Source: Selaginella moellendorffii
Taxonomy: Eukaryota; Plantae; Lycopodiophyta
Assembly: GCF_000143415.4 (NCBI RefSeq)
Contig: NW_003314266.1
Span: 2,823,964 to 2,887,963 of the forward strand
Direction: 5' to 3'
DNA length: 64,000 bases
Each line of letters begins with the position of its first letter. Position 1 is the first letter of the stretch. The notes under the pieces are model-generated. The model ran no database searches, had not been told where the DNA came from, and saw only the letters and a list, made by a program, of their open reading frames with translations. The translations under genes and the position numbers were made by a program. Below are positions 1 through 11,569 of the stretch, in pieces.

Positions 1-1266
1 CTTTGTCTAATGTAAATGCATTACAACTCAGACATCTTCTAACTGTCATCAATAAAGAAATGACTAACATAAACCACCCTTATTGCTTTGATATAGATTA
101 TTGTAAATATGTAGTTAAATTTTTTTACATAGTTACACTCTTTTTATGGAATAAGAAACATCAAGAGAGAAACAAGTGATGTGATCAGTGGATAATAACT
201 ACCCTATAACTAAAGATTTCACGATATACACGAAATGTCAAAGCCAATTTACTAATATTGGCCCAAACCTAAAGATCAAAAGATAGAAAATATCAAAATC
301 AAAGACAATGATATCTTAAAAACTTAATTATCAGTGAATAAATTTTATATTAGAATACAAAAGTATTCCAATGCAGTGATCATTTGATAAACTTGTATTA
401 TAGGAACCACCAAGATCATTAAAGGTTAAAGTCATAGGATTAACCAACTAACAAAATTCAATAGCAAGTATATCATCAAGAAAATTAAATAATAATGCTT
501 AACTATTATAGATTGTAGATAACATGCCAAATAACTTACAAAAGATAGCTCAAAGAATATAAAATACCATCAATTTGCAAGCAAAATACTCACGAATGTA
601 TCACCAAAATGAAATAATATCCAAATTTATCAAAACTAGCTGCCAATCAATAGAACAGATGAAAAGAATAACAAATATTTTTTCATGCCAACTATCACAT
701 TAGTGAAGTTAAAACAATTCTGGTAAACAATACTAAGAAACTTAAATTGCTTAAGCAAGTGTCAACAATATCCTATTGATATAGAAAACCCAAAATATTA
801 ATCCAGAGCAAACCATAAAGAATATATAGTAATGCACTAAACCAAAAGCCATCAAAGAGAACAAAATAATTATCATGAAAAATTATCAATCATCCCATTA
901 ATAGAGAGATGTATAATCATCATTAAAAAAATAATCTACCATCCCAAAAAATGACAAATTATTCAACACCAATAATAATTTAGCAAAAACTTTAACAAAG
1001 ATAATCAATTATCCTAGATAATAGTCAATTACTAGATGTAAAAGCTCATTTCAACATCAAAACTAATAAGCCAAAATGCCTTCCTCAACAACTTTTAATA
1101 AATGAAATAATGAGCATGAAACTTAAAGAACCAAAAGCTTAAAGAAGCTTATAACCAAGTGTTATTTAACAATCATGAGTTTTGTATGACTTAACTTTAA
1201 TGTTAAAGAACAGATTATGCTACAACCTATAATATCCTTTTTAACACATCCATAAATTAAACTTTA

Positions 1267-2985
1267 TAATGCAAAAGCTAATGAAGAGCATATTTGCATA
1301 AGTGCAAAAGCAAACCATAATGAAACTATGCTCAATAAGTGATTGTTAATGATCCTTTATGAATCCATTTACAACAAAACATAACTCACTTCATAACAAA
1401 CATAAGTAAAAATTATCAATGATCTATATATCTTAATGCACAGCTTTAATATCAATCACTAACTCTTCCCTTCATAAAGTTAGTATAATCCACAACTAAA
1501 TCACTTTCAAAGAAAAACCAAAGCTCAACCTGTACTAAATAATTTCATTTAAAACATAACTAATTTAACTTTCCACTCAACTCATTTGAATGCCAACATA
1601 GTNNNNNNNNNNNNNNNNNNNNNNNNNNNNNNNNNNNNNNNNNNNNNNNNNNNNNNNNNNNNNNNNNNNNNNNNNNNNNNNNNNNNNNNNNNNNNNNNNN
1701 NNNNNNNNNNNNNNNNNNNNNNNNNNNNNNNNNNNNNNNNNNNNNNNNNNNNNNNNNNNNNNNNNNNNNNNNNNNNNNNNNNNNNNNNNNNNNNNNNNNN
1801 NNNNNNNNNNNNNNNNNNNNNNNNNNNNNNNNNNNNNNNNNNNNNNNNNNNNNNNNNNNNNNNNNNNNNNNNNNNNNNNNNNNNNNNNNNNNNNNNNNNN
1901 NNNNNNNNNNNNNNNNNNNNNNNNNNNNNNNNNNNNNNNNNNNNNNNNNNNNNNNNNNNNNNNNNNNTGCATTACATCAAAACAAAACTAGAAAAAAGCA
2001 AGTTAATCACCACCCAACACTCTTTAATAACAAAATTAACCAAAGTCAAAGATACTTTATTCAATATCCGAGACCAATACTCAACTACAGATAATACATC
2101 ATTAAAGAATGAATCACCACATCCAAGAGTCAATATAATCCAACACCACAGACTAAATGCAACCAAATGATATTGATAGAAGTAAAATCAACATACCATC
2201 ATAAAAAAACCATGTAAGTTTAACGACACAATCCTCTGCAACACCATTCAGTAAAGCAAATCTATCACTATTAAATCATTATTAAGCAAAGCAAATATCA
2301 ACAGTTTTCAACAAAGTCTACAAACAATTATTAGTTGTAAAGCAACTAACAATCACTCTTCAATTTGCCTTCATAAACCCAAACACTAAACTCACGTCAT
2401 TATATTATATACTTATCTAATAGAAAGGTACACTCTAGTATTAGATATAAGAACATGGACAAGGATGAACTAAATAACCACTTGAATCCAATCGAACCGC
2501 AATAAGCTTACCAACACATATAGCTAATAGCTCCAAATATAACCAAAGAGGTTAGCTATGTATGATCAACAATCAATCATAACTAAAGTGAAGACTATGA
2601 AATAAACTCATAAGGTACACAACCTCCTCATAAACAAAGTTATAATATAGGTATTAACACCTCAACTGCAAACAACTAAGTTGGACATTACCATCCTCAG
2701 CCAAAGTGCAATGCTAGCAAGATCAAATCAGAGTTTACTACTTTTATAGAGTCTAATAAAATGTAAGGTGCAATCTACCACTAAGTATAGCATTATAAAA
2801 GAAAGGCATAAAGGTCACTTTTTTATAAAAGTGTAATAACTACTTTTCTACACCATCTTTAGACTCTATCCAACTCAATTGTTTCAACTTCAAAAATCAA
2901 TATCCCTTTCATTTGCATTATACAAACTACCTAAGCCAACCAAAAAAAATTCTAACCCTTTCACTAACTTGTATTAGATGCTCAA
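1267..2985. repeat. Degenerate unclassified dispersed repeat (copy A), interrupted by an N-gap
   Basis: Colinear direct similarity to 51824-53395, e.g. 2137 aatccaacaccacagactaaatgcaaccaaatgatattgata vs 52528 aatctaacactacagactaaatgcaatcaaatgatattaaca; strong A/C strand skew; no intact ORF. Confidence 0.8.
1603..1967. other. Assembly gap (365 N)
   Basis: Run of N. Confidence 1.
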
Positions 2986-4595
2986 ATGTAGAGAATTTAG
3001 AAATATTAAAGGTATAGATGAAACATTTGTAAAGTTTTCTAAATGTTAGATTCTTTACTTTATTTTTCAAATGGTGGACTCACATATAACCTCCAACTAT
3101 GCCTGAAGGAAGTGGTTAAGTGATTATATATAATGAATAACAGAACTGATATTCCTACTAGTGTATCATATGAAACTCATCTAAATTAAAAAAAAAAAAA
3201 CAGACTTGAGCAGAAATGCAAAAGCCTTTCAAGATCCTACTCTTTATTTTGTAGGAAATTCAGCACCTAGCTCTCCAAATTTGCAGCATGCCGAGACTAC
3301 ATTGCAACGTGTTGGGATTTCTTCTATCCAGTGCTTCAATTCAATGATTGTTGATTTTGTATGGTGATTCCAGGGCAGCAGTAGGGAAGATGATGATGGA
3401 GTTTAGTAAATTTGGATACTTTTGAAGTCAATTGCTATAAGATATAATTGCAGTGATTCATAACTAATTTAGTATTTCTAATGTGGGTGGGAGGTGTGGG
3501 AGCTATGTGCAAAGGTGGGAGAGCATGGCACAAATTTACAGAAGAGGGTAAAAAATAAAAAGGAGGGGCACTACTAAGTCACTTTTGGAATAGTATATTG
3601 TTTAATGGGAGTTCTCATGTACCAGCCTAGCCTTAGCCACTCTATGTTCCCCCCATATTTTCTTGTATTCTTTATCACATAGGCTTTGACCTATGATAAT
3701 TAATTCATCTTCTTTGACACTAACTACAAGAATATTCCAAGAATATTCTATGGTCTGTGTCATCTTATATAGTATATTCAAATTGCATACCTTGACCTTT
3801 TAGTAAAGGTTGAAGTGGTTTTAGGATGAATATGATACACACAAAAGAGCTGTAGGGATTTTACACTTTTCGTTGCATTGCTAAAAAATAATGCATGTTA
3901 GCCATGTGAGTATTTTCCAAGTTAATTAAGAAATCTCTAATTTTTTTCAGAGCTAAATTGATATGTTTTGTTTTTGTGCTCCAGTTTTGTATATCAATCT
4001 AAATTTGAAAAGAAACAAAAAAATATTAAAGATCTCTCAGTTAACTTATATTGTCAAAGAGTATGTTGTTTCTTAGCACAAGAATTATAAAATCCTTACA
4101 ACTCTCTTATGATTATGTTGTATTCGTCCTGAAACCATTTCAAGCATCTCACATTAATCACAATGTCATTTATTATAAATAATTGTTCAACCACTTTCTT
4201 CAAGCATAGCTGAGAGGTTGGATGTGTTACCTTTAATACTTCTAAGTTTCTACTTTGCATTTAGGCCAAAAAATTTCGAGAATGATTTTCCACACCATCA
4301 CTTTAAAACATAAAGAGCTTAAAACATTATATTATACCTTATGCTTTTCCAATCAGCCATCTATGCCATCTTTTCACTATTTATATTTTTGTACTTCATT
4401 AATCATCAAATCCCTTGTGACGTTGTTTCACTACATGACTTCATATCTCTAAATAATTTTCAGCCTAAAACATCAGATATAAATATCAACTTTGTAATTC
4501 AAGTATAGCATACATCATAAAATAACACACACAAATCAACCAAAACATCCACTGAACTTTTCAAATATTTAAGTTGGAGTTGAATCTCTTATTGC

Positions 4596-4660
4596 TCCTC
4601 CAACTCCTCTAACTCCTCCAGTTCCTCCAACTCCTCTAACTCCTCCAACTCCAAACTCCT
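4596..4660. repeat. 9-bp tandem repeat (ACTCCTCCA/ACTCCTCTA)
   Basis: ctcctccaactcctctaactcctccagttcctccaactcctctaactcctccaactcc seen directly. Confidence 0.75.
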
Positions 4661-7124
4661 TTAGCTCTAGCTGGAATCATATATAAACTCCATAAAATGC
4701 ATGGAACTTACCACTCACCCTTTTCAAATTTGTGGATGCACTCTAACTCTTCTACAATGCTCTATTGTTCCTCTAACTCCTAAATTATATATGAATTTGT
4801 TTCCCACACAATTTACAATTTATCTCTAGAATGCACATGGGCTTCTCAATAGTGAGCTCTGGCTCTCGTTCCACAAGAGGACCTTCATGGAAAGTTTTAA
4901 GCTCCATGAAAGTCAACCTAAATTTACCTCCATTGCTGTTGCTCCTCCATTTCACTTAGATTGGGTGCTCCAGCTTCATTTCCATCTCTAACTTCCCATA
5001 GTGCTCTTCTAATAGCACTCTTCCTCTTCTGATAGTGCTCTTCCCCTTCACTTAGGGCTTTGGTGCTCCTAACTCAATCACTCCTCAATGCCTTAGAACA
5101 AAAGCTTGCTTCTTTTTGTAAGGAATTTTAACCCTTAACTTTTATATTCTAATATCATATATCTTATCCACCTTTACCAAAGACCATCCCTGAGCTTGAA
5201 AGCAGCACTCAAGCTGGAGTGTATCCTATGGCTCTCATCTTGTGCAAACCTTGTGGAAAGATTGAAAGTGGTTGGATCATCTCCTCCTCTTTGAACTGCA
5301 AGTAACAGTCAGCTCACAATCGGAATAATCCAAAACAGCTTACTTGTCTTGCTTCTCAACATGAAAGACCCGTTTCCAAAACTTTAAGCAACTTTAAACA
5401 AAAAAAAATACCTGTGACATAAACTTACATATCTTCTCGGGGCTTATACCATCTCCATGGACTGCAAGAGCATGGACACGTAAACTCAGATGATCATTGT
5501 TTGAACAAGAAAGTTAACTTTTTGCTTCTTTATTTTTTCGTTTCCTCTCATTTCACAAGTAACTCTGCCACTTCCATCAAGATTGACAAAGTCACCAATT
5601 TTTGTGATGGAAGCCCATGTCTTCTTTTATGAGGTGTGTGTTTTCCACAGATCTTGGAAGCAAACCTTGGCCCAATTGATAAACTCCACTCTATCAAACA
5701 TTGACCTGGATCCTGATACCCTGGATCAAAGGTGACTTAGCCAGGATCCTAGCTCTTACCCATGGATCTAACACTATGGAGAGGGACTCAACATTGCCTG
5801 TCAAGAGAAGCTGGGACTCGATAGTGCCTGCTGAGAGAAGCTGGGACTTGACAGCACCCACCTCACGAGTCTGAGAAATCAACGCCACAAATCCATGACT
5901 GGGTGAGTGAGCACAGGCAGATTGATCAGACCTGGGCTACATGGCAGTGACAGCAGCAGTGTAGCGAGGGCGGCATGCTTGAGCATTAGTCAGGGTTAAT
6001 CCTACCCCCCAAATTCAAACAATAGAGTCCCATCAGCAGTGGTAGTAGCGCCGGTCGTCACTCCATCGACAGCAGCGGGTCAGGATATTTTACGCTTACA
6101 AAGTGGTTATATCACTCGTGAAAGTTAGCATGTTGAAATAAAAAACACTGAATAGTAGTTTCAACTGGCTTGCTCCTGATCTAGTGAGTTTGAGATTGAT
6201 TGGAAAGTTAATGATAAAAGCATACCAAAAACTCATCAATCAACTATGTTCTTGGTTTTGGCTTGTTTGCACATCATTGTTGTGGTTTCAAGCTTGTCAT
6301 TACCATGTGGTCTTGGCTATCAGGCTCCCACTTCTGCTGCTACAAATCTCCATAAGCATCCTTCTTAATTGCTATAAATTCTTGAGAGAATTACCATGCA
6401 ATGTTCTTGAATCATGGCCCAATTCTTGATGTAGATTATTAAAACCTCTCAATCTACTGGCTTTATTCTCTAGTTGCTACTGTTTTTATATAATGCAATG
6501 CCTCAAGCATTCAGTGCATCAAACGCCTTGAAGGCTCATCCTCCTCCTTGTCACTAGCCTCTTGGCCAGCAAGTGCCATGCGCAAGATCAAGGAGCCAAT
6601 GCTCTAGTACCATGAAAGTAGTGAAGAGACATGAGACTAGTATACTGAATACTGTGTTGTGTACTATGTGTACATCTGCCCAGCTCCAACCAAGCACACA
6701 GCTGTTTCACACAGTGTAGAGGAAGGGACACAACCAACCTTGGACAGGATGAAATCGACATTCATAAGAAGCTGGACAACCTGAGGAAGGTAGAAGTGGA
6801 ACGACGGAGAAAAGAGTGTCTCATGTACCAGCAGGGCTGTCAAGGTAGTCCTAAGACTCAAGAAGCAGGAAGTCTTGAAAAATGCCAAGGAACAACCACA
6901 GAGCCAAGGCATGGCTAGGAAACAAGTAGCCTAAATAGTCTAGCCCACCAAAAAGGATGAGATTGAGGGATTATAGTAAACTATTTTGATGATCTCTTAA
7001 ACTGTTCATTTGCTGAACTTTTCCAATCTTCCTCTTAAATTTTTAAGAATATAATTCATTCTTTTATTCATATTCTGTTTACATGGTTTTGCAGCACTCA
7101 GATAGAAACATGAGACTGAGGGAT

Positions 7125-8302
7125 TTAAATAGGTTGCCCAGATGATCGATGCATTTCTAATACAGATAAGAAATCTAGTGTAATAACCACCTTGACTTCT
7201 GCAAAACCAGCAGCATTTGCTAATGCCTCAAACTCTTCCAAAGTTCTCTCCTTCCCTCCTGTATAAGCTAGCATGAGCAAGTCCATGTTAAGTGCAAATC
7301 TAGAGCCAAAGCTGTGGTTTGTCCCGGATGGCAATATAGAGTCCACCACCACTACCTTTCCTCTGCTCGGGAGTGATTCATAGCAATTCTTTAGTAAAGT
7401 GATGCATGCTTCATCCTTCCAATCGTGCAAAATCCACTGTGCAAGTTAAAAAATGAATGTTTCATATCCCAAAAGAATCATAAATCTCACCTTCATAAAA
7501 ATGACATCACCCTGTGGAACTTTATCAAACATATCACCACTCACATGCTCCACTCCTGAATCCAAAAGAAGTTACAAAGGAGTAATGAATAAAATCAGAG
7601 CTTACCCGGGAAATCTGGAGCTTTAGATATAACATGAGGCAAATCGAAATTAATCCCTTTGATTCCTTTGTGGCGACCAAGAATAACTCTTAAGCTGTTT
7701 CCAATACCTCCGCCAACATCAACCAGAGTTCTTACCCCCTGGAAACCATCGTAAGCTTCTACAATCAATCGCATGTAAGCATTGGAGTTATCGGACATGG
7801 CAGAGTCGAATATCCCCCGAAACCGCGGGTTATCGGCTGTAAGATCAAACAGCGGCTTTCCATGCGCAGCAGTAAAGGGGTCAGCTCCAGTGGTCACAGA
7901 TTGGTACAAAAACTCCCAAGTTTTCATGAAAACCACGTCTTGGTTGACAATCACCCAGGAAGAAAGTGGCAATCCACCATTGCTGGGATTTGTGACGAGG
8001 TACCTGCAAAGAGGAGTGACTCCATACTTCCTGATTCCTCCATCGTGGAGAGACTCTTGAAAGACTCCAATGCTGGACAGGACTCGGAGTATCCTGTCCA
8101 AGTTGGCTCCACTTCCGGATGATCCACAGGCCGGGATTTGGGCGATGATTTCAGCAGAAGAAAGGGGGGCGTCTTGGGAACTTGAAAGGATATCTGGAAT
8201 TCCCAGCTTGATCACTGCGTTTAGAGCGGATGGAATGCCACACATTGTGCCGAACTCCATGATTCTGAGACGATCATCGTCCTGTAAGACCAAAGAACCC
8301 AT
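7125..8302 (-). CDS. Class II plant O-methyltransferase, COMT-like (3 exons: 8302-7606, 7555-7491, 7436-7125)
   Basis: Motifs LVDVGGGIG, GINFDLPHV, VEHVSGDMF, FMKWILHDW (catalytic His), GGKERT; two GT-AG introns of 50 and 54 nt join the ORFs in frame; ATG of MGSLV at 8302. Confidence 0.93.
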
Positions 8303-8438
8303 CGCGATGTAGGCAGCTCTGTCTCTCAAGTTCTTAAATATTCATATAGTTTAGATAATAAGCTCTAATCTTGCAACACCCACCTATTGAATAGAGAAGT
8401 TCCACTTGCATATACAAACGATTCCTTGGCAGAGCCTT

Positions 8439-10595
8439 ATGGATGTTGATTTTCGGTCTTCTGTGGATATTGTCAAGTCGTGCACCATTTCCCGAGACCT
8501 TTCCAGAGGGAAAGAAATTCACGCACAGGTAAGTGCTGGGAGGCACTGTAGGAACCGATATCTCAATAACTTGCTGGTGGAAATGTATGGGAAATGTGGA
8601 GAAACTGAGCAAGCCCGTCGTGTCTTCGACATGATAAGAAATCCGAACTTATTCTCGTGGAACAACGTCTTGATTGCATATGCCCAGAACGGGAAGCTTC
8701 GAGAGGCTCAAAACATGCTGGAAAAAATGCCGCAGAGAGATTCTGTGTCCTGGACCGTCGTGTTATCAGCATATGCCGTTTCAGGGCATTTTGAAAAGGC
8801 CGAGCTGCTGTTCAATGAAATGCCGGAGAAGGACGACTTTGCGTGGAATACTATGGTTTCAGCTTACGCTGGAGGCGGGTTTTTGGAAGAGGCTGAATCT
8901 GTGCTTAAGGCAATGCCATACAAAGGCCCTGTTGCCTGTACGACTATGATTGGAGCATATGCCCAAGCTGGGCATATCGAAAAAGCCACCGAGATTTTCG
9001 ACACGATGCCTCATAGGGACGTGATCTCGTGGAATGCAATGCTGGTGGCTCACGCGGAGAATGGCGATCTCTTAAAATCAGAGCAACTGTTCGATCAGAT
9101 GCCCGAGAGGAGTCTTTCTTCATGGAATGCGATGTTGGCTGCGTGTGCTCAGCATGAAGATTTGGACAAGGCTAGAGATTTGTTCGAGAGAATGCCGCAG
9201 AGGAACATCCTCTCGTGGAACACAATGATACAGGCTTGCATCGAAGCTGGGAATTTCGAGAGAGCGTCCGCCTTGTTCCGTATGATGCCCGTACAAGATA
9301 CGGTATCGTGGACGACGATGATAACGGGATATTCCCGCGAGGGACGTGTTGACTTGGCGAGGAGATTATTCGATGCGATGCCCGAGAGGGACATCGCCAC
9401 GTGGAATGCGATGGTTGGAAGCTACACCGCGAGCGGACAGCTGGCGGAGGCACAGAGGCTGTTTGACAGAATGCACGTGCATGACGTGATTACGTGGACT
9501 GCCTTGCTGGCAGGGTATGCCCAGGCCAGGCAAATAGAAACAGCGGAGAGTATCTTTGACAAATTGCCAGGTAAAAATATCGTATCGGCAAATGTGATGT
9601 TGATGGGATACGCTGAGAGTGGCAAAATATTAAAAGTAAAGGCACTATTTGATAGGTTACCGCGGCATGACACAATGACATGGAATATCACCATTTTTGC
9701 ATATGCCCAAACTGGGCATCTGGAAAATGCCAGAGTTTTGTTTGATAAGATGCCATGGGCGAATTTCACGTCTTGGAGGTGCATGATATTAGGCTACGCA
9801 CATTATGGAAACATTACAGAAGCTAAGAAAATCTATGATAGCATACGAAGGGAGAACATAGCTTTGTGCATAGATATGATCGTAGGTTATGCCCAAAATG
9901 GGTATCTTGTAGAGGCCAAAGATTTATACGATGAGCTTGAGTTTGATAGCATCGTGGCATCTACGGCCATGCTAACTGCATATGCCCAGCACGGGCATAT
10001 CACCGAAGCGCAAAATGTGTTTAAATCTCTGCCGTTCAAGAGCCTGATGTCGTGGACGGCTATGATCGCAGCATATACCCAAAAGGGGCATTTGCATACC
10101 GCAATGGAAATGTTCGTGAGAGTGCCCAACCGGGACGTGACGCTGTGGAGCGCGATCGTGGCCGCACACTCCCACCACGGGCACGGGAAACAAGCGGTGG
10201 AGATCTTCCGGAGGATGATCGTGGATGGTTTTCTCCCAAACGAGACCACTTTCGTGTCGATCCTCGCTGCTTGCAGTAGAGCCGGACTGGTGGACGAATC
10301 GATCGAGTTCTTCGTGACCATGATGGCCGAGTGTGAGATTCCACCAAGCTCCAAACACTACGAGTGCTTGGTGGATCTACTCGGACGCTCCGGCCAGCTC
10401 AAGGAAGCAGAAGAGTTATCGCAGAGATTCTCGAAAGGAAACTTACCGGGGAGGAAGTCGACACTGCTCGGTGCTTGTTCGCTCCACGGTGACGCCGGGA
10501 GAGGGTCGCGGAGTGCTCGAGAGATGGATCCCTGGGACTCGGCAGCTTATGTCTTGTTGTCAAACTCTTGCGTTGGAGGATCGAGAGGAGTGTAA
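8439..10595 (+). CDS. PLS-class PPR protein, 16 consecutive 31-aa SS motifs + P2-L2-S2-E, no DYW
   Basis: Intronless ORF; repeats of type xxSWNxMxxAYAQxGxxxxAxxLFDxMPxR; HYECLVDLLGRSG, LLGAC, ends after YVLLSN; first ATG at 8439. Confidence 0.93.
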   Translation: MDVDFRSSVDIVKSCTISRDLSRGKEIHAQVSAGRHCRNRYLNNLLVEMYGKCGETEQARRVFDMIRNPNLFSWNNVLIAYAQNGKLREAQNMLEKMPQRDSVSWTVVLSAYAVSGHFEKAELLFNEMPEKDDFAWNTMVSAYAGGGFLEEAESVLKAMPYKGPVACTTMIGAYAQAGHIEKATEIFDTMPHRDVISWNAMLVAHAENGDLLKSEQLFDQMPERSLSSWNAMLAACAQHEDLDKARDLFERMPQRNILSWNTMIQACIEAGNFERASALFRMMPVQDTVSWTTMITGYSREGRVDLARRLFDAMPERDIATWNAMVGSYTASGQLAEAQRLFDRMHVHDVITWTALLAGYAQARQIETAESIFDKLPGKNIVSANVMLMGYAESGKILKVKALFDRLPRHDTMTWNITIFAYAQTGHLENARVLFDKMPWANFTSWRCMILGYAHYGNITEAKKIYDSIRRENIALCIDMIVGYAQNGYLVEAKDLYDELEFDSIVASTAMLTAYAQHGHITEAQNVFKSLPFKSLMSWTAMIAAYTQKGHLHTAMEMFVRVPNRDVTLWSAIVAAHSHHGHGKQAVEIFRRMIVDGFLPNETTFVSILAACSRAGLVDESIEFFVTMMAECEIPPSSKHYECLVDLLGRSGQLKEAEELSQRFSKGNLPGRKSTLLGACSLHGDAGRGSRSAREMDPWDSAAYVLLSNSCVGGSRGV

Positions 10596-10664
10596 CGAAA
10601 AGCTTTTGTTTTTACCTCCATGGTTGTGTGTGTATATGGTACAGGGAGAGCTTTCTCAAAGTGA

Positions 10665-11361
10665 CTAAGAGCTTTGTGTTCCTCCGCTGTTCATTCGTGC
10701 CCTTGCTTCCGCAAACATACGTTGCTGCGCGGCGATGGCTTCCTCCTCCGTCATCCCCGAGCCTGCTTCTTTACCCCATTTGCCTCCAGCTTTTGGAGAA
10801 TCCTGTGGAAAAGAATAGGAGTCAAGCGAGAAGAGAAGAACAAAAGAAAAAGAGAAAAGAAAAGCTTGTACCAAAGTTTCGTTTCGGTGTTGTTCATACG
10901 CTGCATGAACTTCTTCAATGTATTCTCCAAATCCGAGAATCTGTACAGGAGAAAAGTTAGAGAATCGAAGAAAGTTAAATCGCGTTACCTCTAGAGCTTT
11001 TAGAACATGCTCTGGAGCAATAGTTCTTTTTTCTTCCTTGTTGCAAATCTCGTTCGACTCGGACGAGATAAGATTGATAAACTCTGGACAGGCAAAAACT
11101 TAGCTCAAAACCAGCAAGAAAGCAAAACGAGAGGAAAATTTTTTCTTACCAACACAGCAATCTACAAGTAAGTCCTGAGCGTCTCGTGCCACTCGAACTT
11201 CCGGTGGCAGCATTTCTTTGATGATCTTCGTCATCGTAGCTGGAAGAAAAAAGGAAATTTTTTAGAACCAAAGGGCTAAGCAAAAATTTTGAAGCACTTC
11301 GTTGAGAAATTTTACCTTTAGGCAGTGAAACATCCTCCTTTGATCTGCTAGCAGCATCCAT
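10665..11361 (-). CDS. DR1: Dr1 / NC2-beta (histone-fold transcriptional repressor), 5 exons
   Basis: Spliced reading MDAASRSKEDVSLPK-ATMTKIIKEMLPPEVRVARDAQDLLVDCCV-EFINLISSESNEICNKEEKRTIAPEHVLKALE-ILGFGEYIEEVHAAYEQHR...MTEEEAIAAQQRMFAEARARM, the diagnostic Dr1 sequence. Confidence 0.93.
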
Positions 11362-11475
11362 GGTCATGGAGAACAAGAGAGGCAAAACACCTCAATTCAG
11401 CCCAGAGGTGGAGATTATCTCATGACCAAGCGTACCAATCCACGATCGAGTGGATTGAGCCTCTCGAGAGCGCCA

Positions 11476-11483
11476 AACCCTAG
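11476..11483 (+). promoter_or_regulatory. Telo-box (AAACCCTA) in the DR1/PPR divergent promoter
   Basis: Exact AAACCCTA, with a near copy gaacccta ~17 nt downstream, between two divergent ATGs. Confidence 0.5.
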
Positions 11484-11569
11484 AAACAACGAAGAACCCT
11501 AAATTTTCTTCCTTTTAGTTTTAACGGGGGGAAACTTTCTCGAGGCTATGATCGCGGCGCGGCGATCGA

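Noticed and set aside
1577-2170. ORFs made largely of X (also 51529-51899)
   Set aside because: Artefacts of translation through N-gaps.
3780-4050. Possible inverted homology with 46320-46620
   Set aside because: Only scattered short matches in AT-rich DNA; not supportable by eye.
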